This document shows positions 12,401-27,311 of a stretch of 64,000 nucleotides of DNA, in pieces (position 1 is the stretch's first letter; every line of letters begins with the position of its first letter). The notes beneath the pieces were generated by a model, which had not been told where the DNA came from, did no database searches, and was given only the letters and a program-made list of their open reading frames with translations. Both the position numbers and the translations under genes were made by a program. This DNA is from Adineta vaga (taxonomy: Eukaryota; Animalia; Rotifera), in assembly GCA_021613535.1 (NCBI GenBank), contig CP075494.1:12214001-12278000 (forward strand). The letters are read 5' to 3'.

Positions 12401-15400
12401 GACTATTGATGAACGTACTGAGCAAGAGGAATTGGCTTTTTTACCATATCAAGAGGTATTTTCTATTACTTTGGGGAATGTTTGGGAAAGTTTACAGCAA
12501 CAGAATATAACACCGAACTATGCACAATTAGAAGAAGTGAGAGATTTTGTTGTTCATAATATTAAATTTCGAAATCAATTGCTCACGTTTAGATTTTACG
12601 AAGACGAGCAGAGCTTGTTGATCAATACGAGATCATGCATTCGATAAGTCCATCAATAAAATTTATTGAAAAACAATTTGATCGTCAGTTAACATTCGAT
12701 GAAAAGAAATGTTTAGTACATGATGATTATTCGATTATAAAGCAATTAAAAGATGAAGAACATCCTCGTGCTACTGCATCAATACTTCAACTAATTCCGA
12801 ATACGCAAAAGAGAAATTTAATAGAAAATATCGAACAATTTCAAACACAACTAGCTCGATCATTAACAAAAGAAGAAATACGTATGATTGCAAATGGTGA
12901 TCTCATTGAATTAGAAAAACAACTTGATACAACAATACCAAGAGACACAATAAAATCATTGTATAATGATCGTTTCACTGATCTTACAAATGAATTGAAT
13001 CGAGATCTAACAGAAAATGAAATACGTAATATTTTAAATGGTCAATTCAATGATATTGAAGAAGAACTTAGTCGACGATTGGTAAGATCCTTTTTCTTTA
13101 TTGATATTTGCAAGATATTCGAAAGCAATTCTAAGCAACTTTTTTCTTTTTAGACATCAACTGAACGACAAGCATATAAATCATTCGATACAAAAATGCC
13201 TTCGAGTACTGAGACAAGAGAAGTATTCGACAGATTGAAAAATACATTGAAAGAAAATAATCAAAGATATTCAAAGGATTCAGAAGATGATTTATTTATC
13301 TTTAATTATATATCAAAACAAACTTTTCGATTTACTTTAACTGAAATTGAAAAAGCGATTGGGAAACATTTAACTAGTGATCAACTTCGACAATTTGCTG
13401 GTATAGACTTGATGCTACAATGATTTTGTCATCGGATTAGTATGATTTTAGGTCCTCATATGATTGATATTCCAAGTATTGAAAGAACTCTCAATCGTGC
13501 ATTAACATTTGATGAATTAACTAATTTAACCAATGAACATTTTGATGAAATTCGTCGAATTCTTCAACGATACTTAACACAAGAAGAATTGCTCGATCTC
13601 TTGAATGGAAGATATCAAAATATGATCGAGACAATCAGAAAACAATTAGAAAAACAAAAAGAAGAAGAATTAAAACAACTACCAATTAAACGTTTACAAT
13701 ATTTCGAAAATATCCTTCGTAAGTTTTCATGATTTTTATTCTCAAAATTTATTCTATCGAATTTAGAGCGTCAATTAACTTCTGATGAATTACTTCGTTT
13801 TGCTGAAGATCGTTTTAAGCCAATATTGAATCTATTGACGTATCCTATGAAATCAGAACAACTTCGAGATATAGCATCTGGTCATTATGATAAAATTGAA
13901 GAATATCTCAAACGTTCTTTGACTTCTGAAGAAAAATATCAATTACAAAAAAGTATATTACAAGTTCATGTAAAATATGCGAATGTTCTCGATGAATTGG
14001 AATATATGATTCAACGGAAATTGAATACACAAGAATTGAGAGCTTTATTTGCTGAGCAATATGATAAAATTGAAATGCGATTAGGTAGATCATTAACTGA
14101 AGAACAATTACGGAATATTTTATCTGGAAAATATGATGATTCATTGGTTGAAATAGAAGATCTTCTGAAACGTTTGAGAAGAAGATACGAAGATAACGAT
14201 CAACGAACACGAAATATCACTGCTCGATTGATTGAACAATTAGATCAACATAAATTGAATGTAACATCCATAGATTCAGCAGTATCTCGACAAGTAATAT
14301 CTGCACAAAAGACAGGATCAAATATTGATTTGTCAGAAGAAGAACATCAGTTATTAATGGATAAAAACATTCCAACTGATTCTAATGAGCCAATGAAAGC
14401 ATTCGAAACTCCAACACGTCTTGTAGAACATATCGCTGATAAAGAACGTCTTGAAAATTTCTCAACTATAGTCAATACTATTGACAATTTTCAAAAAAAA
14501 TCTCCGGGAAAAAGTAACACTTTCTTCTCCATCCAAAAATCAAACACAGATTGTTTTTTTTTTCATAGATATAGCTGAAAGATCTAGTAGTAATCAAACA
14601 ACATTAGCATGGTTATCTAATTTAACGAATGATTTAGCATCTCAACAACTACCAGCAATAAAATCGAATGATAATAAATCAAAGATCTCTCAGCAACATT
14701 CATTACTTCCTCGTACTGATGACGATCTCTATTTAGGTTGGACATTATTCAAAAGTGCGTCCTATCCAGATTTAGGATTGAGAGAAGAAAAACCATTGAT
14801 GATTAATGTGAAACATAGAGCACAGACATATGTCGTCGGTATTCCTGAAGAATATGCGGATGAAAAATCAAAAAGTAAGTTAAGAATAAGAATTTAAGAT
14901 ATTGATGTCTTATAATTTCGATTATGAAAAGCAATGGCAAATAAAATCTATCGAGGAGAATCTATTTTTGATCAATTATCTACATCTCAACTAGTCAAAC
15001 GAATGCGTGAATTTGTTTCACAACTATTTCATATACCAATAATCAACGATGCTACTGTAGATTAAAGTTTAGTTTGGTGTGAAATTCATAGTCATTTTTT
15101 TTGTTACATAGCATTTTATTGTTCCATCACGTGCTTACGACGATATAATCGAACCTCTGAATACCTATCAATCTGAAATTATTGATATTGAAAATGATGA
15201 CTTACAAGTATGAAATCTGTTTTAATTGAAATTCATAATCAACTATTTCTTCGTAATAGATGTGTGATTCTCCTGAAACACTTGAATGGTATGAAGAATG
15301 CATTCAACGAAATGTTCAAGTACATGCACAAATACCAAATAGTTATCAACCATCAATAGTTTATTGTCATACGGGTCGTCGATCTATTATAACACCAGCA

Positions 15401-16552
15401 AAACGTGTAGAATACCGAAACATGTCCATATTTAATCAAACAGAATCAATTGTTTCAAATACAGATAAGACAACATTTGATCATGATTTTCTCGAACGTT
15501 TCAGTGAATCTATATTTGATGATCAATCAAGAGAATCTCCATCGACTACACAAACAGTAAATAATCAACTATTTTCTTTTTCTTTTTCAAATTGAAAAGT
15601 CTTTATCAAATGAATTAAAACTAGGTCACTGATTTAATAATGCATACAGTTGCAAGTTCACAAAAAACGGATTTATTAGAAGCATTGGAAGATTTATTCT
15701 CTCAAGAAAATCTAGATAAATATCCTATGACTGAAACTCATTGGCAAGATATCTTTCTTATCTTGCTCAATTCTTATCTTCATTCGACTTCATCAAATCG
15801 AAAAGATATTTTCAAACGATTAACTGACAAACTTAATGAATTAAGAAGAAAAGAACGTCGACGTTCGTCTGGATTATATCCTAGTATTGCCATTGCATCA
15901 CCAGCAAACATATCAACAACAACAATAAACGAATTGAGCGATTCCGAACAAAAACAATTTCATTTCGGTGAAAAAAAAAGACGAATTTATAAACTCAAAT
16001 TCAATTGTTTTATTCACATAGGTTTAAATTCACCTTTCACTAATAGACAGAATGATCGTAGTCCAAATGATTCAGAGATTAGTAGTACACCATTAACATC
16101 TGGACAACAAAGTGTTGCAAGTCATGATACTCTTCCTCTGCTATCTAATAAGGCATCTTCAACACAATCGTTCTCACAAAATCAATCAATTGGATTCATT
16201 ATTCACAAAACAAGCGTTTATTCACAAACTGATATAACTAAATTTCCATTTAGATCAGCTAAACAGATTGCTGAAAGATCACCACATATCAGACAGAATC
16301 AATCGACTAATGACAAATATCAGCGTCCGACAACTGCTAAAAAACCTCGTCGATATAAAATAACAATTGTTCACAGTGATGAATTATCTTGTTCATCTTC
16401 AAATCAATGTGAAACAAGAACAGAAGTAATAGTTTAACTATTTATCCTAAACAAATTCTATTGCCTACATTTAGCCTCTAAAATTACCTCCAATTTCATC
16501 GAAAAACAAATCATTTCAGCGACCATCATTCACAACTAATAAACGAATTTAA
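3493..16552 (+). CDS. Very large multi-exon uncharacterised helical-repeat protein (could be more than one gene)
   Basis: About 30 co-directional ORF fragments joined by GT-AG introns from ATG 3493 to TAA 16552 (...TTNKRI*). One longer intron at ~6221-6473. LT/LS-x-x-QL repeats at ~9250-10800 and a 24-aa R-x-L-T-x-E-E repeat at ~11900-14150. I did not check the phase of every junction. Confidence 0.6.
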
Positions 16553-16826
16553 ATCATTTCTAATATTCAAAAAAGATAAATCTATCACATTAAATACATA
16601 GCGGTCTATTTAATCTCAAAATAAAATTATTCAAATACGAATTCTTATTGCATCATCGTATAATGAATGCAACTATTCATCTCATTAAATCTAAATATTT
16701 AAAATTTCTTATCCTCAAACATCTTAAAAAGAAAAACATTCTTACTCGAATTCTTCAATCAAACTTATCATCAAGACTTATTTCTCTATATATTTTGAAA
16801 AGAATTTCGTAAAAATAACAAAGCGA

Positions 16827-17339
16827 TTACATTTGTGCTTGTCTTGTATTACGTGAATTTTGTTCACTATTCAATTCATCGTATGTTGGTAGTTTATTTT
16901 CATTCAAATCATTATTTGCTATTGCTTCTGCATAAGCTGGAGGTAAATCTGGTTTGAATTGATTTTGTTCAATCGTTGCTAAACGTGGATGAATACTACT
17001 TTGACGACGATTTGATAATGAATGACGTCTTGGACGAGATGAATTACAGAATAAAAAACATATACGAACAATTCCAATCCCAAGACAAATACATGCGACA
17101 ATGATGATAACAAGTTTCAAATTGAAACTAGATCGATTTGGTTTAAGAAACAATGGACTCGTTGTTGATGGATAATTTTCAGTTGTTGTTGATGATGATA
17201 ATGAATTATATTGAGCTTTTTGACAATTTTCAAATGAATCATTACATCGGTTTGCTGAGGAAAATATTTTAATCGGTGTCGATAGTGTTTGTGTAAAAAC
17301 GATTAAAAATAAGTAAACGAATTGATTTTGATAAAACAT
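16827..17339 (-). CDS. Single-exon type I membrane protein with PPxY/LPxY motifs (WBP1/VOPP1/TMEM92-like architecture)
   Basis: Signal peptide MFYQNQFVYLFLIVFTQTLS, S/T-rich ectodomain, TM helix LVIIIVACICLGIGIVRICFLFC, basic stop-transfer, cytosolic PDLPPAY and LPTY. Confidence 0.7.
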   Translation of the reverse strand: MFYQNQFVYLFLIVFTQTLSTPIKIFSSANRCNDSFENCQKAQYNSLSSSTTTENYPSTTSPLFLKPNRSSFNLKLVIIIVACICLGIGIVRICFLFCNSSRPRRHSLSNRRQSSIHPRLATIEQNQFKPDLPPAYAEAIANNDLNENKLPTYDELNSEQNSRNTRQAQM

Positions 17340-17537
17340 AAAGTGTAGGATAAATCTTTGTAAATGACACGACACTTTTCTTGATTCTACTTTTTTGCTT
17401 CTTGAATATATTTTATCCGATTTTGACGTCAGACGATTCTTTTTTACTCTCTATCGTCTATCACGATAGCGTTATGTCAATTTAATAGTGGTTATTGACA
17501 TATCTCGATAAAAAAGAATCAACTGAAAAAAATATAA

Positions 17538-17572
17538 AAGAAGAAGAAGAAGAAGAAGAAGAAGAAGAAGAA
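17538..17572. repeat. (AAG)n microsatellite
   Basis: About 11 perfect AAG units; source of the poly-Leu ORF 17472-17675. Confidence 0.95.
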
Positions 17573-18025
17573 AGAAAGCAATACGTTGATAAATATTGTT
17601 TTTAGAGACAAAAATCGATATGTTTTTCTTTATCGCTATCGAGATTCTTACATGTATTAGCAGAATTTTATTCAAATAATTCGCTTACTTACGGATTTTC
17701 AAACACAACTTTTATAATTGATTTTCATCAACATGAAATTTTTATCCATATTCTCTTTTAAATCTTTCATATTTATGTAAAAAGTAGACGAACAAATTAC
17801 ACGAAGTTTACAAAATTTTCTCTTTGACTTTGTTTTCTTGTCGTTCATTACAGAGCAATACGAACGAGAAGAAAAAAAAAACTATGTATGTGTAGATGGA
17901 CATATTGGGCATATAATCGAGATTCGCATAATTATACAATTCGAACCCTGAGATGATAATGATTATAAAAAAAAAAGAAAATTGATTGACTAGGGAGACT
18001 TTTTTTCTTCGATGGAATATTTTGA

Positions 18026-20027
<2,002 letters not shown>

Positions 20028-20728
20028 TGAATAATATATATATATATATGTGTGTTTTTATATTTCTTTTCTTGCTATTTCAAAACACCATCAATGGTGA
20101 AAAAAGTAGAAAGTGTTAATCACATGAATATACATTCAACTGTAAAAAGAACGGAACAAAAATTTATGCATAAAAAGAAAATGTCTACTTTTTCTTGTAT
20201 GAATAAATCACCTGTATAGAGTTGTAAAATACTTGATTTAATCAAGAAGAAAATTATGTTATGAATTATTAAATGAATAGATTAAACACGTCTTCTTGTA
20301 TACACACACAACAGGACAGACAGAAGAGAGAGAGAGAAAAAAATCAGATTAGATCTACTTAGATTGATATAAGCAAATAAACAAAATGTCTACTACAATA
20401 TCGATTTAGAAAGTAAACAAATGTAATTATTGGTATATCGTACAAAGCATAAGAAAGAATTTTATGATTAAAAAGAATTTAATGAAAAGATATTTTTTAC
20501 AATTAATTCATGAAAATATCAAAGAAATTTAGAGAAAAGTTTTCGTTGATAGAGGTCAGTACTAATCGATATTGTTTTGTATAAATAGAGTATTACGAAA
20601 TCTCCATGTGTTGCATGAGAGATGATGAAATGCTTCTTGTAGGTAATATAAATATGCTCACATTGAAAGTAAATGTATAGTTAAAAGAACAAAAATCGAA
20701 TTCAATCTTTTACATAAAAGCGCAAACA

Positions 20729-21651
20729 ATGAGCAACGACGAAAATATATCCGATGAAGTAAATGCATGACATTTCTTGTATTAGTTGTGTTTTTAACCA
20801 TTGTTTTTTTATTTTTAGCCTATTTTTGACGCGACCAAGAGGAAGAAGAGGAGTCACAAGCGAACTCTTGGTGCTGAGTTAGCCGAAACTAGTACAAATA
20901 CAGTTTCAGCAAATACTCCTGTTCACAATGAAGCAAATAATGGAGAAGCTGAAGATCCTCTTTATACTTATGAAGACGTAAGTTTTTCTTCTAAATTTTA
21001 TTTCAAGATAAAACAATCATCATTCATTTTTCTTTCATTAGTTAATTTCTCGAATACCCAGTATACGTGGTGAACAATTTCGACCACCTGGTAAAATCCG
21101 TGTTCCTGTACTTCAAGTAGCACGTATCGGAACACGTCGTACATCATTCGTAAATTTCGATGTTATATGCAAAGCGTAAGAAATCGAATTGTGTATAAAT
21201 CTATAACAAAAACTAAAATCTTTTCTTTAGACTTCAACGACAAGAAAAACAATTACATGATTATTTCACTGCTGAATTAGGTGTAACGTAAGTAATGCAA
21301 TAATGTATCTTGATTTGATTTACTAAACATATTGTTTTAGAGCTGCAATTGATGGAAATAATTCTTTAGTTCTCCGAGGACGTTTCACCTTAATTCAAAT
21401 TGAAAATGTTCTTCGTTCATTTATTCGTAAGTTAAAAGATAAAAAAAGACTAGATTTATTAAAAATATGTTTGTCTTCCAGGAGATTATGTCGTTTGTAA
21501 AACATGCGGTGGAGTTAACACACTATTAGGAAAATCAGAACGTTTAACTGTACTTAAATGTAATTCTTGTACATCACACTATTCAGTTGCTAATATTCGA
21601 TCTGGTTTTCAAGCTCAAATTGGCAGACGTTCAAGAAACACGGCAACATAA
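20729..21651 (+). CDS. Short (211 aa) eIF2-beta-like protein, 6 exons; absent from the ORF track
   Basis: Exons 20729-20758, 20819-20977, 21042-21175, 21231-21287, 21341-21426 and 21482-21651 sum to 636 nt in frame. Motifs YTYEDLISRI, VARIGTRRTSFVNF, YFTAELG..AIDG..LVLRGRF...IENVLRSFIRDYVVCKTC...CNSC (C2-C2 zinc finger), IRSGFQA. Confidence 0.9.
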
Positions 21652-21794
21652 AAACTTTGTAAATATATGTAATTTTTTTTTCATTGTATTTTAATAAGTT
21701 CTTTTACAAAAAATAACATCAATGCATTATTCACGATCAATAATTTCAAAGAATGGACAAATCGTTTACAACCATCGGCATCTGACTTTCATTG

Positions 21795-23133
21795 TTACAA
21801 ATGTGTTTTATAAAATCTATATCGTTTAGCAAAGAGATTCATTCTCATCATCGATAAAAAATAAGTGAATAAAAATAGTAGAAAAACACATAGAAATGAA
21901 ATACATAAACTAAAGAAAAAGATATGAATATTTGTAAATAAATATTTCGATGATTGTTTCGAAATATTGTCATTCATTAAATTTTTATAAACTTTTGGAC
22001 AAAATAATTCAGCTATTTGAGCAAATGGTGACTGATTTTCAATGGGAATATTCATTGTCATATGATGAAAATAATGTATCGAATAAATACTCGAATTTTT
22101 CAATAAAAAATCCATATTTTTAGAAGAACGAGAAAAGAATTGCGGTATTTGCTAAAGATATTAAAAGAATAAACTTGATTTTATTTTATATTACAATAAG
22201 AAATAGTTTACTTGATAAGGTATTGGATAGAATACATAGGAAGGTTGTATATCAATTTGATGACATTTATCTTGTTGATGAATATACAATTGATTTTGAT
22301 CACAAGCATTTTTCAGAGCATCAGTTAAAGCTTTTGGTCCAAGACAATTCCAACATAGAGCATGAAATTGTTTGGAAATTGTTTGTAATTGTATATCCAT
22401 TTGTAAATCTAAAACCAGATGATGTTTTTCAAAAGCTAATACAGCAACATTAACACCATCGGTTGTTTCCATTGCCACAGTATTACGAAAATGCGAAAAC
22501 TTTCTCAATGGTATAACATCGAGATCAAAATAGATTCCACCGTATTTATATAAAAGTGCTGTACGAACAAAATCACTCATATGTGAAATGTAAAAATAAG
22601 GAATAAATTGTTTACGTTTTGTTTGATTTAAACGAGATAATGATGTTCCGGAATAGATAACTTCCTCGTCGAAATGAACGATATGAATATTAGTATATGA
22701 ATACAAATGAATATAGGAATTGGATTTAATGAGAATATACCGACTACGCATAAGAACAAAGATGAAACTATTTGGATGAAGACGTGCAGCTGATTCAATT
22801 GAACAAGCATGTCGAGATAGAATATCATCATTCTCAGATGTTTGTACAAAGAAGATTTTCAACTTTTCACTTATTAATTGCGAAGTTTTTCGAGAAAAAT
22901 TTTGTAAAAGTAAATGATCTTTTGAACCTTCGTGGACATTATTATTGACTGAAACATCATCGAAACTAACTGTGAAAATATTCAATACACCGTATAGACT
23001 AGCTGTTGATAGATGAGAAACAAATAAATAAACAATCACAAATACAACTAGAAGAATATGATAAGATTAATCGTTGAAGGTTGAATATGAACTTACTGAA
23101 GAAAATAATCGACCATCTGATGCGACCATTCAT
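21795..23133 (-). CDS. GT32 alpha-1,4-glycosyltransferase (A4GALT/A4GNT/alpha4GT-like), 3 exons
   Basis: N-terminal anchor MNGRIRWSIIFFIVFVIVYLFV; IFFVQTS, CSIESAARLHP, HMSDFVRTALLYKYGGIYFDLDV (DxD), W..LGPKALT, FYPIPY, AELFCPKVY. Confidence 0.9.
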
Positions 23134-24841
23134 TCTAGAGACGAAAAAAAAAAGACATGAGAAAGAATAAGTCTATAGAGAGTCAAAGTCATTTAATTCC
23201 TGGACAACTACTAAAAATAAACGAGGATTAGAAGAGTATAGATCATTTTTTATTGAAAGAAAGGTGATGTATACCTTCATAAATTTCATATCAAGAACTA
23301 TGTATATTATTCAACTACTTAGTGTCACTACAGCTCAACTCTAATGATGTTGTCAAAAACTAAATATGTCATTTTTTTTATTGCATCATTTAATACAAAT
23401 TTATCAAACTAAGGAAGGAAATGATCTTTTCTAATACCATTTATCGAGTAGATCTAAACAAGAAAAAAGAAATGTGACTTACTTCACTTTTAATAAATGC
23501 ATTTTTTGCTTCGAAACTAATAATAACATCTATATTTGTTAATCTATATCTAATTCAAATATCTGAAGAAATAACTTAATAAAGAATCGTTTCGTTTGCA
23601 GAAAGAATTCCGATTCATGATCTTCTGATGCTTTTCGACGGTGAAATTCATCCTTGATTATGCAAGTAAGATTTGAAAAGAGAAGAAGAAAAGAGAAATG
23701 TTATGATGTGTGTCATTTTATAAGATTAATATTTCATCGTTCTTACCTTATGAAGAAATTTAATTCTATAGTAAGGATATACGGAAAATGACTAGATAGA
23801 AAATATAAAATTACTTTTTTTCCTGTTTCACTGGCTTCATTCTTTTTTTCTTCTTCTTCTTCGTCTTCTTCATCTTCTTTTTTTATACTTTCTTTTAATT
23901 CTTCATTCACCCTTCTTTTTTCCTTTATATAATTCAGCTAACAACTATTCTACTTGACATTACTTTATCTAGATGCATGGATGAATCATGCTTGAAAATC
24001 TTCATCTCCCGTCAAACAGATAAAAGAAAAAGAAGAAATTTCCGTATTCATATCAATCTTGACTAATTGAACAATTGTATTCATATTCTGTATGCTTGTG
24101 TCAGATATTTCTTTCTTGGATTTTCGAAGGAAATTCGTATTCCTATGATTTTGTTCATAGTCTTCTGAACTCATATTTCTTGTTTATGTATTGTTATGGT
24201 CATCAATTGAGAAAATGTAAAGATAAACATATGATTTTGCTCGTGTGAAAAGGTTAATCAAGCATATAGTTTCAAGAAAAGAAAAATGTTTATGGAAAAT
24301 GTCTGTTCTAACACGATTGTTACATGTTTCATTAACAGATTTCTATTACGACATTAATTTGATCGATAACGATGATATTTGACTCAAGTATGCAATCGTT
24401 CTTCTAGAAACATCCAGGTAATATTTACAATCGTTTCTTCATCCAAGACATCAGATAGTTATGTCATTTATTTTCTTTTTCTTTGATAAGATATATCTTC
24501 GAATCTGATGTATTCGTTCGAAAACATTTTCCTTTTTTTCTCGTCTTTAATTGCGTGACTTGATCAATAAAACGGAAGGTATTGGTAAATAAATGATGAA
24601 GTATCTATATATTCATTTTTCGTTTAATAAGGATGGTTTGATAAGTAAACATTGAGTATTCGAAACGTTCCGGCAATTACGTTTACATGTTTTCGTAAGT
24701 GTCACCCTTTCGTACTTTGATTTTTAATATTTATTCAAATTATTGTCCATATAAATACGGCGAGCAATTTGTCTAGTTTTGTTTTTTTCAACGAACAACA
24801 TTCAACATTAGCTCGACGCGTTTTGTACAAATATTACAACG

Positions 24842-25021
24842 ATGAATCTTCAAACATTGAAACATTTTCAAAGAGTTGCCAAAGCAATGAACAACTATGT
24901 TGCAGCATCTGCATATAACTTTCGTCAAGCACGACAAGGCTATTCTATGCGTGCTCATCCTCAACCAGGATTTTACAATAATGGAAATATAAATCATCGA
25001 TTTCCTGCTCGAATGTATTAA
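24842..25021 (+). CDS. 59-aa intronless micro-protein, paralogue of 27051-27311
   Basis: MNLQTLKHFQRVAKAMNNYVAASAYNFRQARQGYSMRAHPQPGFYNNGNINHRFPARMY*; TATA-like catataaata at ~24748; shares RVAKAMNNYVAASAY with the second copy. Confidence 0.75.
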   Translation: MNLQTLKHFQRVAKAMNNYVAASAYNFRQARQGYSMRAHPQPGFYNNGNINHRFPARMY

Positions 25022-27050
25022 ATCTAAATGCCAAATAATATTGTTAAGTTGAGTGATTATATTAATTAATTATGATGAAATAATTCGAGTCAGACTATAA
25101 TTTAAATATCCCCAAGATTAGAAATTCAAAATACATCGTATATTCATTTAAGAAGAAGAAGATTCTATGACATGTACCATATTTAACAGAATACGAAAAC
25201 CTGCTGTTATGTAATTTCTTCTTCTTATTTTCATTTTTTTCTTTTGTGTGTGATATATTTTGATAAAAAAAATAAAATGTACGTAGCAATAATTAAACTT
25301 TATTTCAATCAGTCGTGCTTATTATCAATATTAAAGAAACGTACGCTAGCTTGATTTTTTGTACACTTTGTTATCTAATATTAAGTAGATTCGATTGAAA
25401 GCTTTGGAGTTATGACAGATTTTTGATGAAATTTTGTAACAAATGAAAAATAAAAATCATGAATTAGATCAGAATGTTGAACATGGTAGATGATTTTTAG
25501 TTAAGCTTTATCTGAAAGAAATATAGAATGGAATTTTAATTCAGTTCATTTGCAATTAAATATATAGAGCGAAACTGCCATGAAATTAGAAGAATCAAGT
25601 AAAACAAGATGCCCATGCATGACTATTAAACATACAACTAGTTACTATCAATTATCATCTAGAGAAATGAATTTAAACGTTCTGACATTTTCAAGTACTA
25701 TGACTTCATTAGAACATTTATTTGGATGCATATATTTCTTGAATATAGTCTTGTAATTAAGTTACTTTTATATGTACTTTTCTTAGTATACTGTCATTCG
25801 TTATATCATGAAAGTATCCCATATAATATATACGAAAAATTATAATGAATGCGGTAAAATTGAAATTGGAATAAAGTTACGATTATTGCATAAATAGTTG
25901 TTGCTTGGAATCTTATTCAAATCGCTTGAAATAGAAAAAAACAATATGGTAGCGTATTTTACGTATTCTTTTGTAACAGAAATGGAACATATATGATAGA
26001 TTTTAAAAAGATTCGCCATGGAATACACCATTTCCTCATTCAATAAGCGATAACAACGGTAATGTTAGTAGATATTTTTTCTCATTGATGAATTCATCTT
26101 CGAATGAATAGTTCCAATTGATTGATTATTTTCTACGAGCGATGTAAAAGACTTTTCCATATCTATGAAAAATGCATATAGCTGCATTTTATGTTAATTG
26201 CTAGGTTTATTAGACTAAATCAGACTATGGTCCGATTTGAATGGTTGACAACAATATTTTTATTTTCTTTACTTGAGCAAAATACATATATTTTGTTTAA
26301 AATAATAAAAATATTGTGATATGAAAAAAATATGTTGCTGTATGTGTTTAAATGAGATGTTTCTTGTTTATATATTGCCACGCTTATCAGTCTATATAGA
26401 ATATGATGATAAACAAATGATTTGTCTCGTGTAAAAAAAGATGAGTTTAACTAAACATCTACTAGATGACATAAATCGTCCGAAACGTATATTATAGTTG
26501 CAAGATTTCATGACTCCAACTGATCTATAGTGATGATAAAAATAAAACCGATTGTATAGTAATTGATACCTATTAAATGTCAGATATATGACTAATCAAA
26601 ACTTGATATCATGTCGTAAATATCACAAAAAGAATGAATGAATTGTTTTGTTTTTCTCGTTATAATTTCGACAATAGAAAGATAAAAGCAATATCAATTC
26701 TTTTTGTCAGTCGATACATATTTCATCTTCTCAATTGATATGTAAACAACTTTTTTTTTCTTCTAGTTAAAATGCATGACTTCTTTTTCCGAATCAATGC
26801 GAAGGACATGAGAAAATTATTAGTCAATAGAGTATGTCTATTTTTCGTTCGCTAAGTGTGGTTGGACGAAACGAAAAGACAGAGACACCGTTCGAAACGT
26901 TTCATTGAATATGTTTACGTATTTTGGGTTTGCTCTCCTCGCGCTTCTCTAACTCATATATAAACGACTTGCTGAGCACATAACCACAAGTTTGAATTCA
27001 GACATTTACTTTATTGACCTTGGATAACGACTAAACTTTTGACAATCATC

Positions 27051-27311
27051 ATGCACGGCACTGGCATGGATATATCAACATTAAACCATTTCCATCGTGT
27101 AGCCAAAGCAATGAACAATTATGTCGCAGCATCAGCATATAGTTCCTACACTGGACGTGATGGTTTCCAAGGCAGTACTTATCATCCATCATTTCAACAA
27201 TATACAAATCTTGGCAATCGTGTTGCTGGTGGTTTACATTCAATTGGTCTACCTCATACTTTCGTTAATCTTGGTTATCGTGTTGGAAAAGCAGTGGATT
27301 CTTATTTGTAA
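27051..27311 (+). CDS. 86-aa intronless micro-protein, paralogue of 24842-25021
   Basis: MHGTGMDISTLNHFHRVAKAMNNYVAASAYSSYTG...AVDSYL*; TATA-like catatataaa at ~26955; internal repeat NLGNRV/NLGYRV. Confidence 0.75.
   Translation: MHGTGMDISTLNHFHRVAKAMNNYVAASAYSSYTGRDGFQGSTYHPSFQQYTNLGNRVAGGLHSIGLPHTFVNLGYRVGKAVDSYL

Noticed and set aside
23480-24174. Possible minus-strand gene (MSSEDYEQ... plus Glu/Lys-rich stretch)
   Set aside because: I could not build a stop-free spliced model or find a motif. At most a decayed fragment.
24788-24997. Antisense ORF over the first micro-protein (likewise 27049-27243)
   Set aside because: Paralogue conservation with synonymous changes and TATA position support the plus-strand frame.
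25330-26200. Possible transposon end and gene remnant (ORF 25840-26043)
   Set aside because: No partner inverted repeat, TSD or recognisable domain, and frames are interrupted.
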